A stretch of 64,000 nucleotides of DNA. Origin: a bacterium. Lineage in GTDB: Bacteria > SAR324 > JACQKK01. The first letter of the stretch is position 1. Each line of letters starts with the position of its first letter. Below the pieces are notes generated by a model. That model ran no database searches and was not told the origin of the DNA. It saw nothing but the letters and a program-made list of their open reading frames with translations. A program made the position numbers and the translations under genes. The stretch lies in assembly GCA_965240465.1 (NCBI GenBank), contig OZ251219.1:151046-215045 (forward strand). The letters are read 5' to 3'. Shown here one piece after another: positions 44,774-54,094 of the stretch.

Positions 44774-45814
44774 ATGAAGAAAGAGTCAATAGAAGAAATG
44801 GATGAGCGTACTCGCACGGTGCTGTTTGCCATTGTCCGTTATACAATTTCCACAGGGGAAGCGGTGGGATCGCGTGCTTTGAATCGTGAGCTAGATTTAG
44901 GATTATCTGCAGCCACTATTCGGGGGGTAATGGCAGAATTGACGGAACAAGGATATTTACTGCAATCGCATATATCGGCGGGGCGTACTCCTTCAGAGCA
45001 TGCGTATCGCATGTACGTGAAGCATTTAGATATTTCCAATCCTTCATCGGATGTTTGTCGGTTGATTGAAAGCACCATTGGCAATGGAGAATTAGGCCTG
45101 AATGAAATACTTAAGGAAGTGACTCAGATATTGTCTAGCCTAACCAATACGGTAGGGATGGTAACCACTCCCAAGGGATTCACTCGGTTGCGCAAATTAG
45201 AATTTGTTCTCGTGGATGAAAAGCGTATTTATGTGGTGTTAATCGCAGATTGCAATATGGTGTATCAGGGTTTGGTGAGGGTATCTCAGCCTATGAACGA
45301 AGAAGAACTCCGCCGTCTTAGTGCACACTTAAATAGGCAATTTGCTAGTCAAGAAATGGAAGAAGCCTCTGAGCAGGTGTGGAAGATTCTCACTGAAGAA
45401 CAAGACGAATACCCAGAGCTATTTGCCCAAGTAGCCCGCATAAGTAAGAGAGCCCTTAATTTGCCTCGCCAACGAGAAATATTTGTGGACGGTCGACAAA
45501 ACCTGATGCGAGGTTTTGATAATGTCAAACTGTTGCAAGAGCTGATTATGCTACTGGAAAGCAAATCTTTCTTGATTAAACAACTGGAGACCATGCTAAC
45601 AGAAGAACAACCCAGGAAAGTACGAGTGACTATCGGTTCAGAAAATCCTCCCCACTTATCTCAGTGTGCGATGGTAGCTGCGGCTTATGGTGATGGAGAG
45701 GAAAAACTCGGTGAACTAGGGGTACTCGGACCTGCTAATATGGATTATCAAAAAATAATCCCAGTGATTGATTACACCGCCAATTACCTCTCTAATGCAG
45801 TAAGTACCTGGTAA
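44774..45814 (+). CDS. hrcA: heat-inducible transcription repressor HrcA
   Basis: The track ORF starts at TTG 44747; ATG 44774 (MKKESIEEMDERTRTVL.AIV..Y...GEAVGSRAL) is more likely. N-terminal winged helix, ...SAATIRGVMAELTEQGYL.Q.H.SAGR.P, and a C-terminus ending LG.LGVLGP..MDY...IP.IDY.A. First gene of hrcA-grpE-dnaK-dnaJ. Confidence 0.9.
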   Translation: MKKESIEEMDERTRTVLFAIVRYTISTGEAVGSRALNRELDLGLSAATIRGVMAELTEQGYLLQSHISAGRTPSEHAYRMYVKHLDISNPSSDVCRLIESTIGNGELGLNEILKEVTQILSSLTNTVGMVTTPKGFTRLRKLEFVLVDEKRIYVVLIADCNMVYQGLVRVSQPMNEEELRRLSAHLNRQFASQEMEEASEQVWKILTEEQDEYPELFAQVARISKRALNLPRQREIFVDGRQNLMRGFDNVKLLQELIMLLESKSFLIKQLETMLTEEQPRKVRVTIGSENPPHLSQCAMVAAAYGDGEEKLGELGVLGPANMDYQKIIPVIDYTANYLSNAVSTW

Positions 45815-45860
45815 TCGCCAAAAAGTATCTCTTTAATTTTTTAGTAATAAAACTTATAAC

Positions 45861-46589
45861 ATGAGTAAGTCAAAGCAGCCTGATTCTGTAAGTCATTCTC
45901 TACCTGAGGAGGTTGATTCTCCGTCTGATCAGTCATCCACTAATCGTCAAACACCCAAAGAGGATGCCTCTACGGACATAAATGATACCAACAACTCCCC
46001 CCGCAACAACTCCCCGCTATCTGAGACACCACCTGTCCAACCAGACCCAAAAACTGCCGAATTAACCTCCCAACAATGGCAGGAAAAGTACCAAGCCGCC
46101 CAGCAAGAAGCCTCACAAGCACAAGACCAAGCACTGCGATCTCAAGCTGAATTAGAAAACTTCAAAAAACGTATTCTTCGTGAGCAAGAAGAAGCTTTGC
46201 GTTACGCTAATGCAGCCATCCTCAAAGACTTTCTGGGAGCCCTGGACAACCTAGAGCGAGCAATAGCGGCTACCCACACAAATAATTCCTCTGGCGGAAA
46301 AGCCCTGCAAGAAGGAGTTTCCATGGTGGCAAACCAGATACAAGAAATTTTCTCTCGCCACGGCATGGAGCCCATCCATGCTCAGCCCGAGGCTCCTTTT
46401 GACCCAGACTCCCAAGAAGCAATCTCTACCGCCACCAGCAATATCATTAAGGCTGGACACATAATAGATGTGTTTCAAGTGGGCTGGAGATATCATCAGC
46501 GAGTACTTAGACCCGCTAGAGTGAGTGTTGCCAAAAGTCCTGACAGCGATAACCTTGGCAAAGTATCGGCTGGTAAGGAAAAGAAATGA
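45861..46589 (+). CDS. grpE: nucleotide exchange factor GrpE (long low-complexity N-terminus; TGA stop)
   Basis: 242 aa. About 75 residues of S/T/P/N/D-rich sequence, then the coiled coil and core: RSQAELENFKKR..RE.E....YA...I.KDFL...DNLERA, G.....Q....F...G.E.I......FDP..QEA. Confidence 0.9.
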   Translation: MSKSKQPDSVSHSLPEEVDSPSDQSSTNRQTPKEDASTDINDTNNSPRNNSPLSETPPVQPDPKTAELTSQQWQEKYQAAQQEASQAQDQALRSQAELENFKKRILREQEEALRYANAAILKDFLGALDNLERAIAATHTNNSSGGKALQEGVSMVANQIQEIFSRHGMEPIHAQPEAPFDPDSQEAISTATSNIIKAGHIIDVFQVGWRYHQRVLRPARVSVAKSPDSDNLGKVSAGKEKK

Positions 46590-46656
46590 TTTTGCAATCC
46601 GAAATTTATTTTAATTTTTATATGACTGTTATTCCCAATTATATGAGGTACAAAAC

Positions 46657-48570
46657 ATGGCAAAAGTTATAGGCATTGATCTTGGCACTACCAACTCTTG
46701 TGTAGCGGTAATAGAGGGGGGAGACCCAAAGGTTATCACCAACGCCGAAGGGGCTCGCACTACCCCATCTATGGTGGCTTTCACTAATAAAAATGAGCGT
46801 TTGATTGGTCAAGTAGCTAAAAGGCAGGCCATCACAAATCCCAGCCGCACCATCTTTGCCATTAAGCGTTTGCTGGGTAGAGCATTATCCTCGCCCGAAG
46901 CCAAAAAGGCATCCGGAAGCTGTCCCTATAGCATCGTCAAGGATGGTAATTCATCCGTGGCAGTATCTATTGATGATAAAATCTTCTCCACGGCTGAAAT
47001 TTCATCCTTCGTGTTGCAAAAAATGAAGCAAACTGCCGAAGACTACTTAGGTGAAAACGTCAAAGAAGCAGTGATAACAGTACCCGCTTACTTCAATGAT
47101 GCCCAAAGACAAGCCACCAAGGATGCCGGACGCATTGCCGGATTGGACGTATTACGCATCATCAACGAACCTACCGCCGCTGCTCTCGCCTATGGTCTAG
47201 ATAAAAAGAAAGATGAAAAAATCACCGTTTATGACCTGGGAGGAGGCACCTTTGATGTCTCCATTTTAGAATTGGGAGACGGTGTGTTTGAGGTAAAATC
47301 CACCAATGGCGACACTTTCCTGGGCGGTGAAGATTTTGATGACCGCATAATTGATTATCTGGCAGAAGAGTTCAAAAAAGACCAATCAATTGATTTGAAA
47401 CAAGATAAAATGGCTTTGCAGCGTCTGAAAGAAGCTGCCGAAAAAGCCAAGCATGAGCTATCCTCTGCTATGGAAACCGAAGTCAATCTGCCCTTCATCA
47501 CCGCGGATGCCTCTGGTCCTAAGCATATGAACATTCTCCTCACCCGCTCCAAGCTGGAGCAGCTGGTTGAAGATCTAGTACAGAAAACCTTAGAGCCCTG
47601 TAAAAAAGCTTTCAAAGATGCCAAACTCAATCCCAAGGATATTGATGAGGTCATTCTAGTGGGTGGCATGACCCGCATGCCACGCATCCAAAAGGTAGTC
47701 CAAGATTTCTTTGGCAAGACCCCTCACCGCGGAGTTAATCCCGATGAAGTAGTAGCTATGGGAGCAGCTATCCAAGGGGCTGTACTCAAAGGCGATGTCA
47801 AAGATGTTCTGTTACTGGATGTAACTCCTCTCTCTTTGGGCATTGAAACCATGGGAGGCATAATGACTAAGCTCATTGATCGTAATTCCACTATTCCCAC
47901 CAAAAAGAGCCAAATTTTCTCAACTGCTACCAATAACCAGCCTGCTGTCAGCGTCCACGTGTTGCAAGGTGAACGATCAATGTCTGCAGATAATAAAACC
48001 ATGGGCAGATTTGAACTCACTGGCATACCTCCTGCTCCCAGAGGACAACCCCAAATTGAAGTCTCCTTTGATATTGATGCCAACGGTATCGTCCATGTAT
48101 CCGCTAAGGACTTGGGAACAGGCAAAAGTCAAGATATTCGAATAACTACCTCCAGCGGACTCTCAGAAGAAGAAATAGAACGCATGCTCAAAGAGTCTAA
48201 AGAATATGCCTCTCAAGATGTCAAAAGAAAAGATGAAGCTGAGGCAAAAAATAATGCCGAACACATGATTTATGCCGCCGAAAAGTCTCTCGCAGAAGCT
48301 GGCGAAAAGGTCTCTGCTGATACCAAGAAGAAAGTACAAAGCTCCATTGACAGCGTAAAGAAAGCCGTCACTTCAGGAGATATTGACAAAATTCGCACCG
48401 CTTCAGAAACCTTGAGCAAAGATTTCCAAGAGCTAGCTATTGCTATTCAGCAACAAGAACAGAGCAAAAAAGACTCAAAAGAAGAAGATAGCTCAAATGA
48501 TAAAGCAGCTGAAAAAAACAAAGATGACGTAGTGGAAGCTGACTTCAAAGAGGTAGATGACCAAAAATAG
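46657..48570 (+). CDS. dnaK: molecular chaperone DnaK (Hsp70)
   Basis: 637 aa: [55 protein letters not shown], and a substrate-binding domain with [15 protein letters not shown]. Confidence 0.99.
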   Translation: MAKVIGIDLGTTNSCVAVIEGGDPKVITNAEGARTTPSMVAFTNKNERLIGQVAKRQAITNPSRTIFAIKRLLGRALSSPEAKKASGSCPYSIVKDGNSSVAVSIDDKIFSTAEISSFVLQKMKQTAEDYLGENVKEAVITVPAYFNDAQRQATKDAGRIAGLDVLRIINEPTAAALAYGLDKKKDEKITVYDLGGGTFDVSILELGDGVFEVKSTNGDTFLGGEDFDDRIIDYLAEEFKKDQSIDLKQDKMALQRLKEAAEKAKHELSSAMETEVNLPFITADASGPKHMNILLTRSKLEQLVEDLVQKTLEPCKKAFKDAKLNPKDIDEVILVGGMTRMPRIQKVVQDFFGKTPHRGVNPDEVVAMGAAIQGAVLKGDVKDVLLLDVTPLSLGIETMGGIMTKLIDRNSTIPTKKSQIFSTATNNQPAVSVHVLQGERSMSADNKTMGRFELTGIPPAPRGQPQIEVSFDIDANGIVHVSAKDLGTGKSQDIRITTSSGLSEEEIERMLKESKEYASQDVKRKDEAEAKNNAEHMIYAAEKSLAEAGEKVSADTKKKVQSSIDSVKKAVTSGDIDKIRTASETLSKDFQELAIAIQQQEQSKKDSKEEDSSNDKAAEKNKDDVVEADFKEVDDQK

Positions 48571-48698
48571 TACCTTGTCTTATTCCTCTGGCATCGTTAT
48601 ATCTCTAGTATTTCGTGTTCTAGCATTGTCATGCTTCCATGGTAGAATTTTTGCTATACAATTAAAAGCCATGCTAAAAGTATGCATGCTATTTGCAC

Positions 48699-48724
48699 AT
48701 ATTTTACTTTATTAAGTAAAATAT
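48699..48724. repeat. perfect 11-bp inverted repeat ATATTTTACTT-TATT-AAGTAAAATAT
   Basis: Read directly; 30 nt upstream of the dnaJ GTG in the 184-nt dnaK-dnaJ spacer. AT-rich, so it is a weak hairpin if transcribed. It could equally be a protein-binding palindrome. Confidence 0.7.
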
Positions 48725-48754
48725 TAACTGTTATCCCAGTCCCGAGAGAGAACG

Positions 48755-49861
48755 GTGTCCAAAGACTACTATAAAATCCTGGGTATAGATCGCACCGCCA
48801 GTGATGAAGAAATCAAACGCACTTACCGCAAGTTGGCGATGCGTTTTCACCCTGACCGTAACCATGGCGATAAAGAAGCCGAACGTAATTTCAAAGAGGC
48901 TTCAGAGGCTTATGCTGTACTAAGTGATTCATCTAAGCGTGCCCAGTATGATCGCTTTGGGCACGTGGAGGGGATGCCAGATTTTGATTTTGAATCTATA
49001 TTTTCCGGTGCAGGCGGTTTTGGTGATATATTTGGCGATATTTTCAGTGATTTCTTTGGCGGAAGTCGTTCTAGTACACGCCGGATCAGGAGGGGAAATG
49101 ATTTACAATATAACTTAGAGCTAAGTTTCAAAGAGGCTACTTTTGGTGTTAAGCATCACATTGAAATACCACGCAAAGATGAATGTCCCCGTTGTGAAGG
49201 ATTGGGGGCACAATCGGCAGCAGATATTCAAGTTTGCCCTATTTGCCAGGGTTCCGGGCAACAACGCATGCAGCAAGGATTTTTTGCTGTGGCTACCACC
49301 TGTTCTCAGTGCGGAGGAAAGGGCAAAATCATTGCTATTCCTTGCAAACAATGCAAGGGCTATGGAGTAACCAAGCAGAATCGTCGCATTCAAATTTCCA
49401 TTCCCCCTGGCATACATGACGGCACCCGACTCAGACTAAAAGGCGAGGGGGAAGCCGGAGAGCAAAAAGGTCCTCACGGAGATCTTTATCTCAGGGTTCG
49501 TGTTCTCAGTCACCCCATTTTTGAGCGCGGCGATGAGAACGATATCGTCTGCCACATGCCTCTTGACTTTATTTCAGCAACCCTAGGAGGAGTGATAATT
49601 GTTCCCACCCTGGACAGCAAGGTTAGCCTTAAAATCCCCCCGGGTACAGAAAGCGGCAAAACCTTCCGCATTAGAGGGCATGGCATTTCTAGCGACCACT
49701 CCAAAGGTGATCTTTATGTCCGATTTACCATTGTCGTTCCATCGCGAATGAGCAAAAAACAAAAACAAATCTTAGAAGAATTTCAATCCTTGCAAGAAAA
49801 AGATAGCTCTGCTCACTACCCAGCCCAAAAAGACTTTGAGCAAAAACTAGCCAAAATCTAG
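48755..49861 (+). CDS. dnaJ: molecular chaperone DnaJ (GTG start)
   Basis: 368 aa. J domain KDYYKILG...YRKLAMRFHPDRN, a G/F-rich linker, and four CxxCxGxG zinc motifs (CPRCEGLG, CPICQGSG, CSQCGGKG, CKQCKGYG). Confidence 0.97.
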   Translation: MSKDYYKILGIDRTASDEEIKRTYRKLAMRFHPDRNHGDKEAERNFKEASEAYAVLSDSSKRAQYDRFGHVEGMPDFDFESIFSGAGGFGDIFGDIFSDFFGGSRSSTRRIRRGNDLQYNLELSFKEATFGVKHHIEIPRKDECPRCEGLGAQSAADIQVCPICQGSGQQRMQQGFFAVATTCSQCGGKGKIIAIPCKQCKGYGVTKQNRRIQISIPPGIHDGTRLRLKGEGEAGEQKGPHGDLYLRVRVLSHPIFERGDENDIVCHMPLDFISATLGGVIIVPTLDSKVSLKIPPGTESGKTFRIRGHGISSDHSKGDLYVRFTIVVPSRMSKKQKQILEEFQSLQEKDSSAHYPAQKDFEQKLAKI

Positions 49862-49898
49862 CTTCCGCTTAATCCATGATAAATATTTTCTTACAACA

Positions 49899-50735
49899 CT
49901 AATTCTTTTTGCTCTGGCGTTTTATCGATGCTGGGATAGTTTCGCCTATCATTCCTTCGCTAGGGGAAGATGACTGAGCAGACTGTCTGGGAGGAATACG
50001 CCCTGCATGATGAGCATAAAAACCAGCTTCGCAAGCCAAAGCCATGGCACGTGCCATACCAGGAGGGTCTTCTGCCTCGGCAATGGCTGTATCAATAAGA
50101 ACACCATCGCATCCTAGTTCCATAGCCTGAGCAACATCAGAGGCAGTACCGATGCCGGCATCAATAATCACAGGGCATGAGAGTCTTTGGCAGATCAGAG
50201 ATATATTATAAGGGTTAAGAATTCCCATGCCCGAACCAATAGGTGCCCCCAGAGGCATTACCGCCGCACAGCCGATTTCAGCCAATTTCTGGCAGGTGAT
50301 GGGGTCATCAATGCAATAGGGAAGCACCTCAAATTTAAGGCGATTGAGTTCACGAGCTGCTTGAAGGAGTTTTTCAGCATCGGGATAGAGTGTGTATTCA
50401 TCGGCAATAACTTCCAACTTGATGAGATTTGTTTGCAGTGCTTCCCGGGCTAGTTCCGCGGTGTAGACAGCTTCTTTGACGGTATAGCAACCTGCGGTAT
50501 TGGGAAGTACCTGTACTCCTTCTTTTTTAAGGATGGAAAAAATATCTTGCTGGTTGGTATTAGGGGTCATCCTTCTTAGAGAGACGGTAGCTAGTTTAGA
50601 GCCACTGGCACGGAGAGATTTCAACATCATCTGCTGGCTGGGGTATCGGGCTGTACCCAGGATGAGGCGAGAAGGAATTTTATGACTGCCGAGACAGAGT
50701 CCGTCTGCAAAATATGGGCGGCATGAGAGTGACAT
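49899..50735 (-). CDS. thiG: thiazole synthase
   Basis: 278 aa: LILGT.RYPS, VSLRR, LPNTAGC.T..EAV..A.LARE, IKLEVI.D...L.PD, VLPY..DDP..C.KL...GCAAVMPLGAPIGSG.GI.NP, PVIIDAGIGT.SD.A.AMELGCDGVL..TAIA. Confidence 0.93.
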   Translation of the reverse strand: MSLSCRPYFADGLCLGSHKIPSRLILGTARYPSQQMMLKSLRASGSKLATVSLRRMTPNTNQQDIFSILKKEGVQVLPNTAGCYTVKEAVYTAELAREALQTNLIKLEVIADEYTLYPDAEKLLQAARELNRLKFEVLPYCIDDPITCQKLAEIGCAAVMPLGAPIGSGMGILNPYNISLICQRLSCPVIIDAGIGTASDVAQAMELGCDGVLIDTAIAEAEDPPGMARAMALACEAGFYAHHAGRIPPRQSAQSSSPSEGMIGETIPASIKRQSKKN

Positions 50736-50798
50736 AGTCTTGGGCTGCTTATTTAATAGATAAACAGGAAGCTAGAATACAATACGAGGAGAAAAAGA

Positions 50799-51005
50799 TT
50801 ATCCCCCCATTACAGCGGTTAAAATTTCTAATTGCTCGCCACCTTCAATAACGGTATTATGCCAGTGATCGGAACTGATGATTTTACCATTCAGGCTGAT
50901 GGCAATTGCTTCAGTTTGAGGAACTAATTTCTTCAACAATTGGCTTAGGGATGTTTTACTAGGCAGCTGTTCGGATTTACCGTTGATGTGGATAATGATA
51001 CTCAT
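50799..51005 (-). CDS. thiS: sulfur-carrier protein ThiS
   Basis: The internal ATG at 51005 of the track ORF gives a 68-aa protein MSIIIHINGKSEQL...AISLNGKIIS...W....I..G.QLEILTAVMGG*, ending in the diagnostic Gly-Gly. 63 nt upstream of thiG. Confidence 0.8.
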   Translation of the reverse strand: MSIIIHINGKSEQLPSKTSLSQLLKKLVPQTEAIAISLNGKIISSDHWHNTVIEGGEQLEILTAVMGG

Positions 51006-51252
51006 GGCAACAATATAAAGATAAAATACCCTTTGGTAAGAATATAAATACAGGACGCTTTTTGAAAAAATAAGATATTTTATATTATTGCAAAAAATAG
51101 GCACACATAGATTATTTTATTCACGGAGCATCCTTGGCTACGAAATACCTCCTGATGTGTAGACCATATATTTTAACTTGCATTGAGACAAAATTATCCT
51201 ATAATAGCGTGTTTGTTGTTACAATTTACTCTATGTACCTGGAATAAAATAA

Positions 51253-51564
51253 ATGGAAAGTATGTTATCCGATGATAGTCAGGAAAATGTCAATCGTGGG
51301 TTGATGTTGTTGATTTCCGGTGGAGTGACTGTACTCCTTAAGTGGGTGTTACCATCTGTGGCTCCGTTTGCGGTGGTCGCTTATGGGGTTTATCGCTTGT
51401 ATACTCGCAATTTTCAAGAAGGGGGCATTGCCATTTTGGTGGCCTTGTTACTATTGTGGCAACGTGCTGCGGTGGGATGGCTGTTGTGGTCTGTAGGAGC
51501 ATTAATGGCAGGGTTAGGCTTGTTCTTGCTGATAGCAGGCCTCAGAGAGCGACTAACTAAATAG
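51253..51564 (+). CDS. small hypothetical membrane protein (about 3 TM segments)
   Basis: 103-aa ORF with three hydrophobic stretches (LMLLISGGVTVLL, VAPFAVVAYGVY, IAILVALLLLW...LLWSVGALMAGLGLFLLIAG). No recognisable family. Confidence 0.4.
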   Translation: MESMLSDDSQENVNRGLMLLISGGVTVLLKWVLPSVAPFAVVAYGVYRLYTRNFQEGGIAILVALLLLWQRAAVGWLLWSVGALMAGLGLFLLIAGLRERLTK

Positions 51565-51621
51565 CTTCTGAGATTTTAGCACTAGCTGATTTATTCTGGA
51601 TCACACAAAAGTAGAATTAAA

Positions 51622-52320
51622 ATGGCGAAGTATTTTATCAAAAATATAGCAACATTCGCAGTTTTGGCAACTGCTGTATTATCTTCTGATTGGGTATTGG
51701 CTCAATCCACCATCCGTTTGGATGATTTTTCCTCAAACTTTCAGCCCCAAACACTGCCTAAAAATTGGGAAAAGAAAACAATAAAATTTCTGGCTTCTGA
51801 GAAGGGAGAAGAATATCAGTTTTTTAATAAATCAAATGAGCATTACATTCGCATGGCTACTGGGCCGGGGAATTTTTTCAGTCTGTCACCTAAGCGAATT
51901 GTTCTGCCCGTTGATTACCCCATTCTAGCTTGGGAATGGAAAGTATCTCGCTTTCCATCAAAAACCAAAATCAAAAACGGACTGCGTAGCGACAAGGCTG
52001 CCTCTATATGTCTATTTGACAATTATTCCAGCAAATTAAAATACCGTGCTGTTTGCTATGCGTGGGAGCTAGATAGTACTAAAGATGTTCCCCTCTTAAC
52101 CCCCGGCAACAAACGCATTTATTTTATAATTCTCCGTACCCAAAAAAGCGACAAAAAAGAACAGTGGTATCCTGAAAAACGTAATTTGCAAGTAGATTTC
52201 AAGAAAATCTGGAAAAAAGAACCACGTGAAGGAAGAATCGTACTTTTCGTAGATTCGGATACCTCTAAATCCAATGCAGAGGCCGCGTTCCGTAAAATAA
52301 TCATCTCTAAAACTCCCTAA
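51622..52320 (+). CDS. secreted protein, DUF3047-like
   Basis: 232 aa. Signal peptide (FAVLATAVLSSDWVLAQS). YPILAWEWKVSRFP..., ...YAWE..., and a C-terminal ...GRIVLFVDSDTS..NAEAAFRKI resemble the DUF3047 pattern (P.LSWRWKV..., ...ai.tDtDnt...a.a.ygdI) as I recall it. Confidence 0.45.
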   Translation: MAKYFIKNIATFAVLATAVLSSDWVLAQSTIRLDDFSSNFQPQTLPKNWEKKTIKFLASEKGEEYQFFNKSNEHYIRMATGPGNFFSLSPKRIVLPVDYPILAWEWKVSRFPSKTKIKNGLRSDKAASICLFDNYSSKLKYRAVCYAWELDSTKDVPLLTPGNKRIYFIILRTQKSDKKEQWYPEKRNLQVDFKKIWKKEPREGRIVLFVDSDTSKSNAEAAFRKIIISKTP

Positions 52321-52359
52321 AACCAAGCTCTCAGGGGAGTCCCAAGCTAGGATTAGGTG

Positions 52360-53067
52360 TCAAATGGACATCGGCTGTGCTTCAAGTATTTGCATAGCCA
52401 GTTGCAACCAGTTGGGCGGTATATGTCCTTGGGAAAAAAAATCGCCAACGGAGTTATCAAAAGGTAAGAAACAAGCATTGATGTTGAGTTCATGCTTAGT
52501 AACATGTCTACAAAGGGACTGCTTGTTTTTGCTGAACTCCGCCGCATGAAAAAAATCTGGCGATTGAACCTGATTAAATACCACCTGTGCCAAAAAATCT
52601 CGCTCTGTTTCTACTTTGGATTGTCGCTTGATGAGAGCTGCCAACCAAGTTAGCGTCCACACATCGGGCAGAACAGGAAGGCATGGGATAAGCAACAAAT
52701 CCGCGGTGCGAATAATGCTCTCGGTAGAAGCAGAAAGACCGGGAGGACCATCTATGACTACCCAGTCTACATCAGTACGGGTACGCAACTCCAAATGCTT
52801 ATCTGGTAAAGGCAGGGTTTCCAACTGCATTTCTTTAGGTAGCCCATGCATAGCACACCAGTCACTGCTGGTAGCCTGAGGGTCAGCATCCACCAACAGT
52901 ACCCGTTGGTGAAGTCGTTGCAAGGCTAGGGATGTAATTAAAGACAGGGTACTCTTTCCCACCCCCCCCTTCTGGTGCAAAAAAGCCACCACCGCAACCC
53001 TTTTCTGGTGGAGCCAAACCGCATTTGGCAACCGAAAGGTATCTTTATGACGGAAAGAACCCGTCAT
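52360..53067 (-). CDS. ParA/MinD-superfamily P-loop ATPase (small, orphan ParA-like)
   Basis: 235 aa. Deviant Walker A VAFLHQKGGVGKSTLSL, then LLVDADPQATSSDW and VVIDGPPG (Walker B-like). It starts 2 nt after the htpX stop. No parB-like gene is adjacent. Confidence 0.75.
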   Translation of the reverse strand: MTGSFRHKDTFRLPNAVWLHQKRVAVVAFLHQKGGVGKSTLSLITSLALQRLHQRVLLVDADPQATSSDWCAMHGLPKEMQLETLPLPDKHLELRTRTDVDWVVIDGPPGLSASTESIIRTADLLLIPCLPVLPDVWTLTWLAALIKRQSKVETERDFLAQVVFNQVQSPDFFHAAEFSKNKQSLCRHVTKHELNINACFLPFDNSVGDFFSQGHIPPNWLQLAMQILEAQPMSI

Positions 53068-53069
53068 TT

Positions 53070-53963
53070 CTACGATAAATCCAAACTCTGTAAGGCTTGG
53101 ATTCGCTTTTCTAAGGGTGGATGAGTAGAAAGCAAGGCTGAAAATCCTGCTGGGCGAGAAGATATTTTCAGGGTTTTCAAAGAGGCCGGCTCTTCACCTA
53201 CAGAAGCCAAATTAAGAGTCCCGCGTAAACCCTCTAACGCAGATACCATTTTTTTACGACCCGCCAAACGTGCTCCTCCCGCGTCCGCTTTGAACTCTCG
53301 CAAGCGAGAAAACCACGTCACTACTATCATTCCCAAAAGGCTGAACACGATCTGCAGCACAATCACTATCATGAAATGCACCATCACCCTTCCTCCATCA
53401 CGCATCCGTGAAGTAATGGCAAATGCAATTACTCGGGCCAAGAACATCACCACGGCGTTAATAACACCCTGCAACAGAGTCATTGTTACCATATCCCCAT
53501 TCACAATATGAGAAACCTCATGAGCTAGTATCGCTTCTACCTGATCATCTTTCATTCGCGATAACAAACCCCGAGAAACTGCCACCAAAGATCGCTTGCG
53601 GGTAGGACCGGTAGCAAATGCATTTACCTCTTGGCTCTCATAAATGCCTACTTCGGGCATAACAGTCATGCCAGCTTTCTTGCTCAATGCATGGACTTTG
53701 GCTACCAAATCCCTATCTGTGCTTCCTCCTTCTCCGGGTCGGATAACCTTTACCCCCATCATTTTTTTAGCAACCCAACGAGATATCCACAAAGACAAAA
53801 ATGCTCCGCCCATGCCCCAAACTAAACAAAATATCGCCAGACTCTTATAATCCAGTCCCTGTGCCGTGACATAATTGCCCAAGCCGAGTGCACTCGTTAC
53901 CACGAACAAAGTGGTAATAATCAAGATATTCACCATGAAAAATAAAGTCATTCGCCTAAACAT
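53070..53963 (-). CDS. htpX: membrane zinc protease HtpX (M48)
   Basis: 297 aa. Two N-terminal TM segments, NAFATG, HEVSHIVNGD (HExxH), two further TM segments, and a C-terminal STHPPLEKRI. Confidence 0.92.
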   Translation of the reverse strand: MFRRMTLFFMVNILIITTLFVVTSALGLGNYVTAQGLDYKSLAIFCLVWGMGGAFLSLWISRWVAKKMMGVKVIRPGEGGSTDRDLVAKVHALSKKAGMTVMPEVGIYESQEVNAFATGPTRKRSLVAVSRGLLSRMKDDQVEAILAHEVSHIVNGDMVTMTLLQGVINAVVMFLARVIAFAITSRMRDGGRVMVHFMIVIVLQIVFSLLGMIVVTWFSRLREFKADAGGARLAGRKKMVSALEGLRGTLNLASVGEEPASLKTLKISSRPAGFSALLSTHPPLEKRIQALQSLDLS

Positions 53964-54094
53964 TGTTTTCTATTCTCCTCATATTGCATTTTGGTAAAAT
54001 TATCTGACACTCCCCACAGGATATTCCTTCTTTTCAATTATCACAAGCTCAGCTCATGCCAAAAATCAATTGGCAAGTACTGATATGTCAGAAC

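Noticed and set aside
44649-44846. A 65-aa minus-strand ORF spanning the hrcA leader repeats.
   Set aside because: It overlaps the hrcA start and the repeat region on the opposite strand, has low-complexity content generated by the repeats, and has no upstream signals.
51006-51104. The extended 101-aa version of the thiS ORF (MPIFCNNIKYLIFSKSVLYLYSYQRVFYLYIVA...).
   Set aside because: ThiS proteins are about 66-70 aa. The internal ATG at 51005 gives a full-length ThiS. The extension is translated AT-rich leader sequence, rich in Y/L/I/F.
51121-51170. A TPP-riboswitch-like string on the plus strand (CACGGAGCAUCCUUGGCUACGAAAUACCUCCUGAUGUGUAGACC).
   Set aside because: The invariant CUGAGA is mutated (CUACGA). 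The P4/P5 'CUGG...CCAGCG' helix and the trailing AGGGA are missing. It also faces away from thiS. Most likely chance similarity; only an Infernal scan could revive it.
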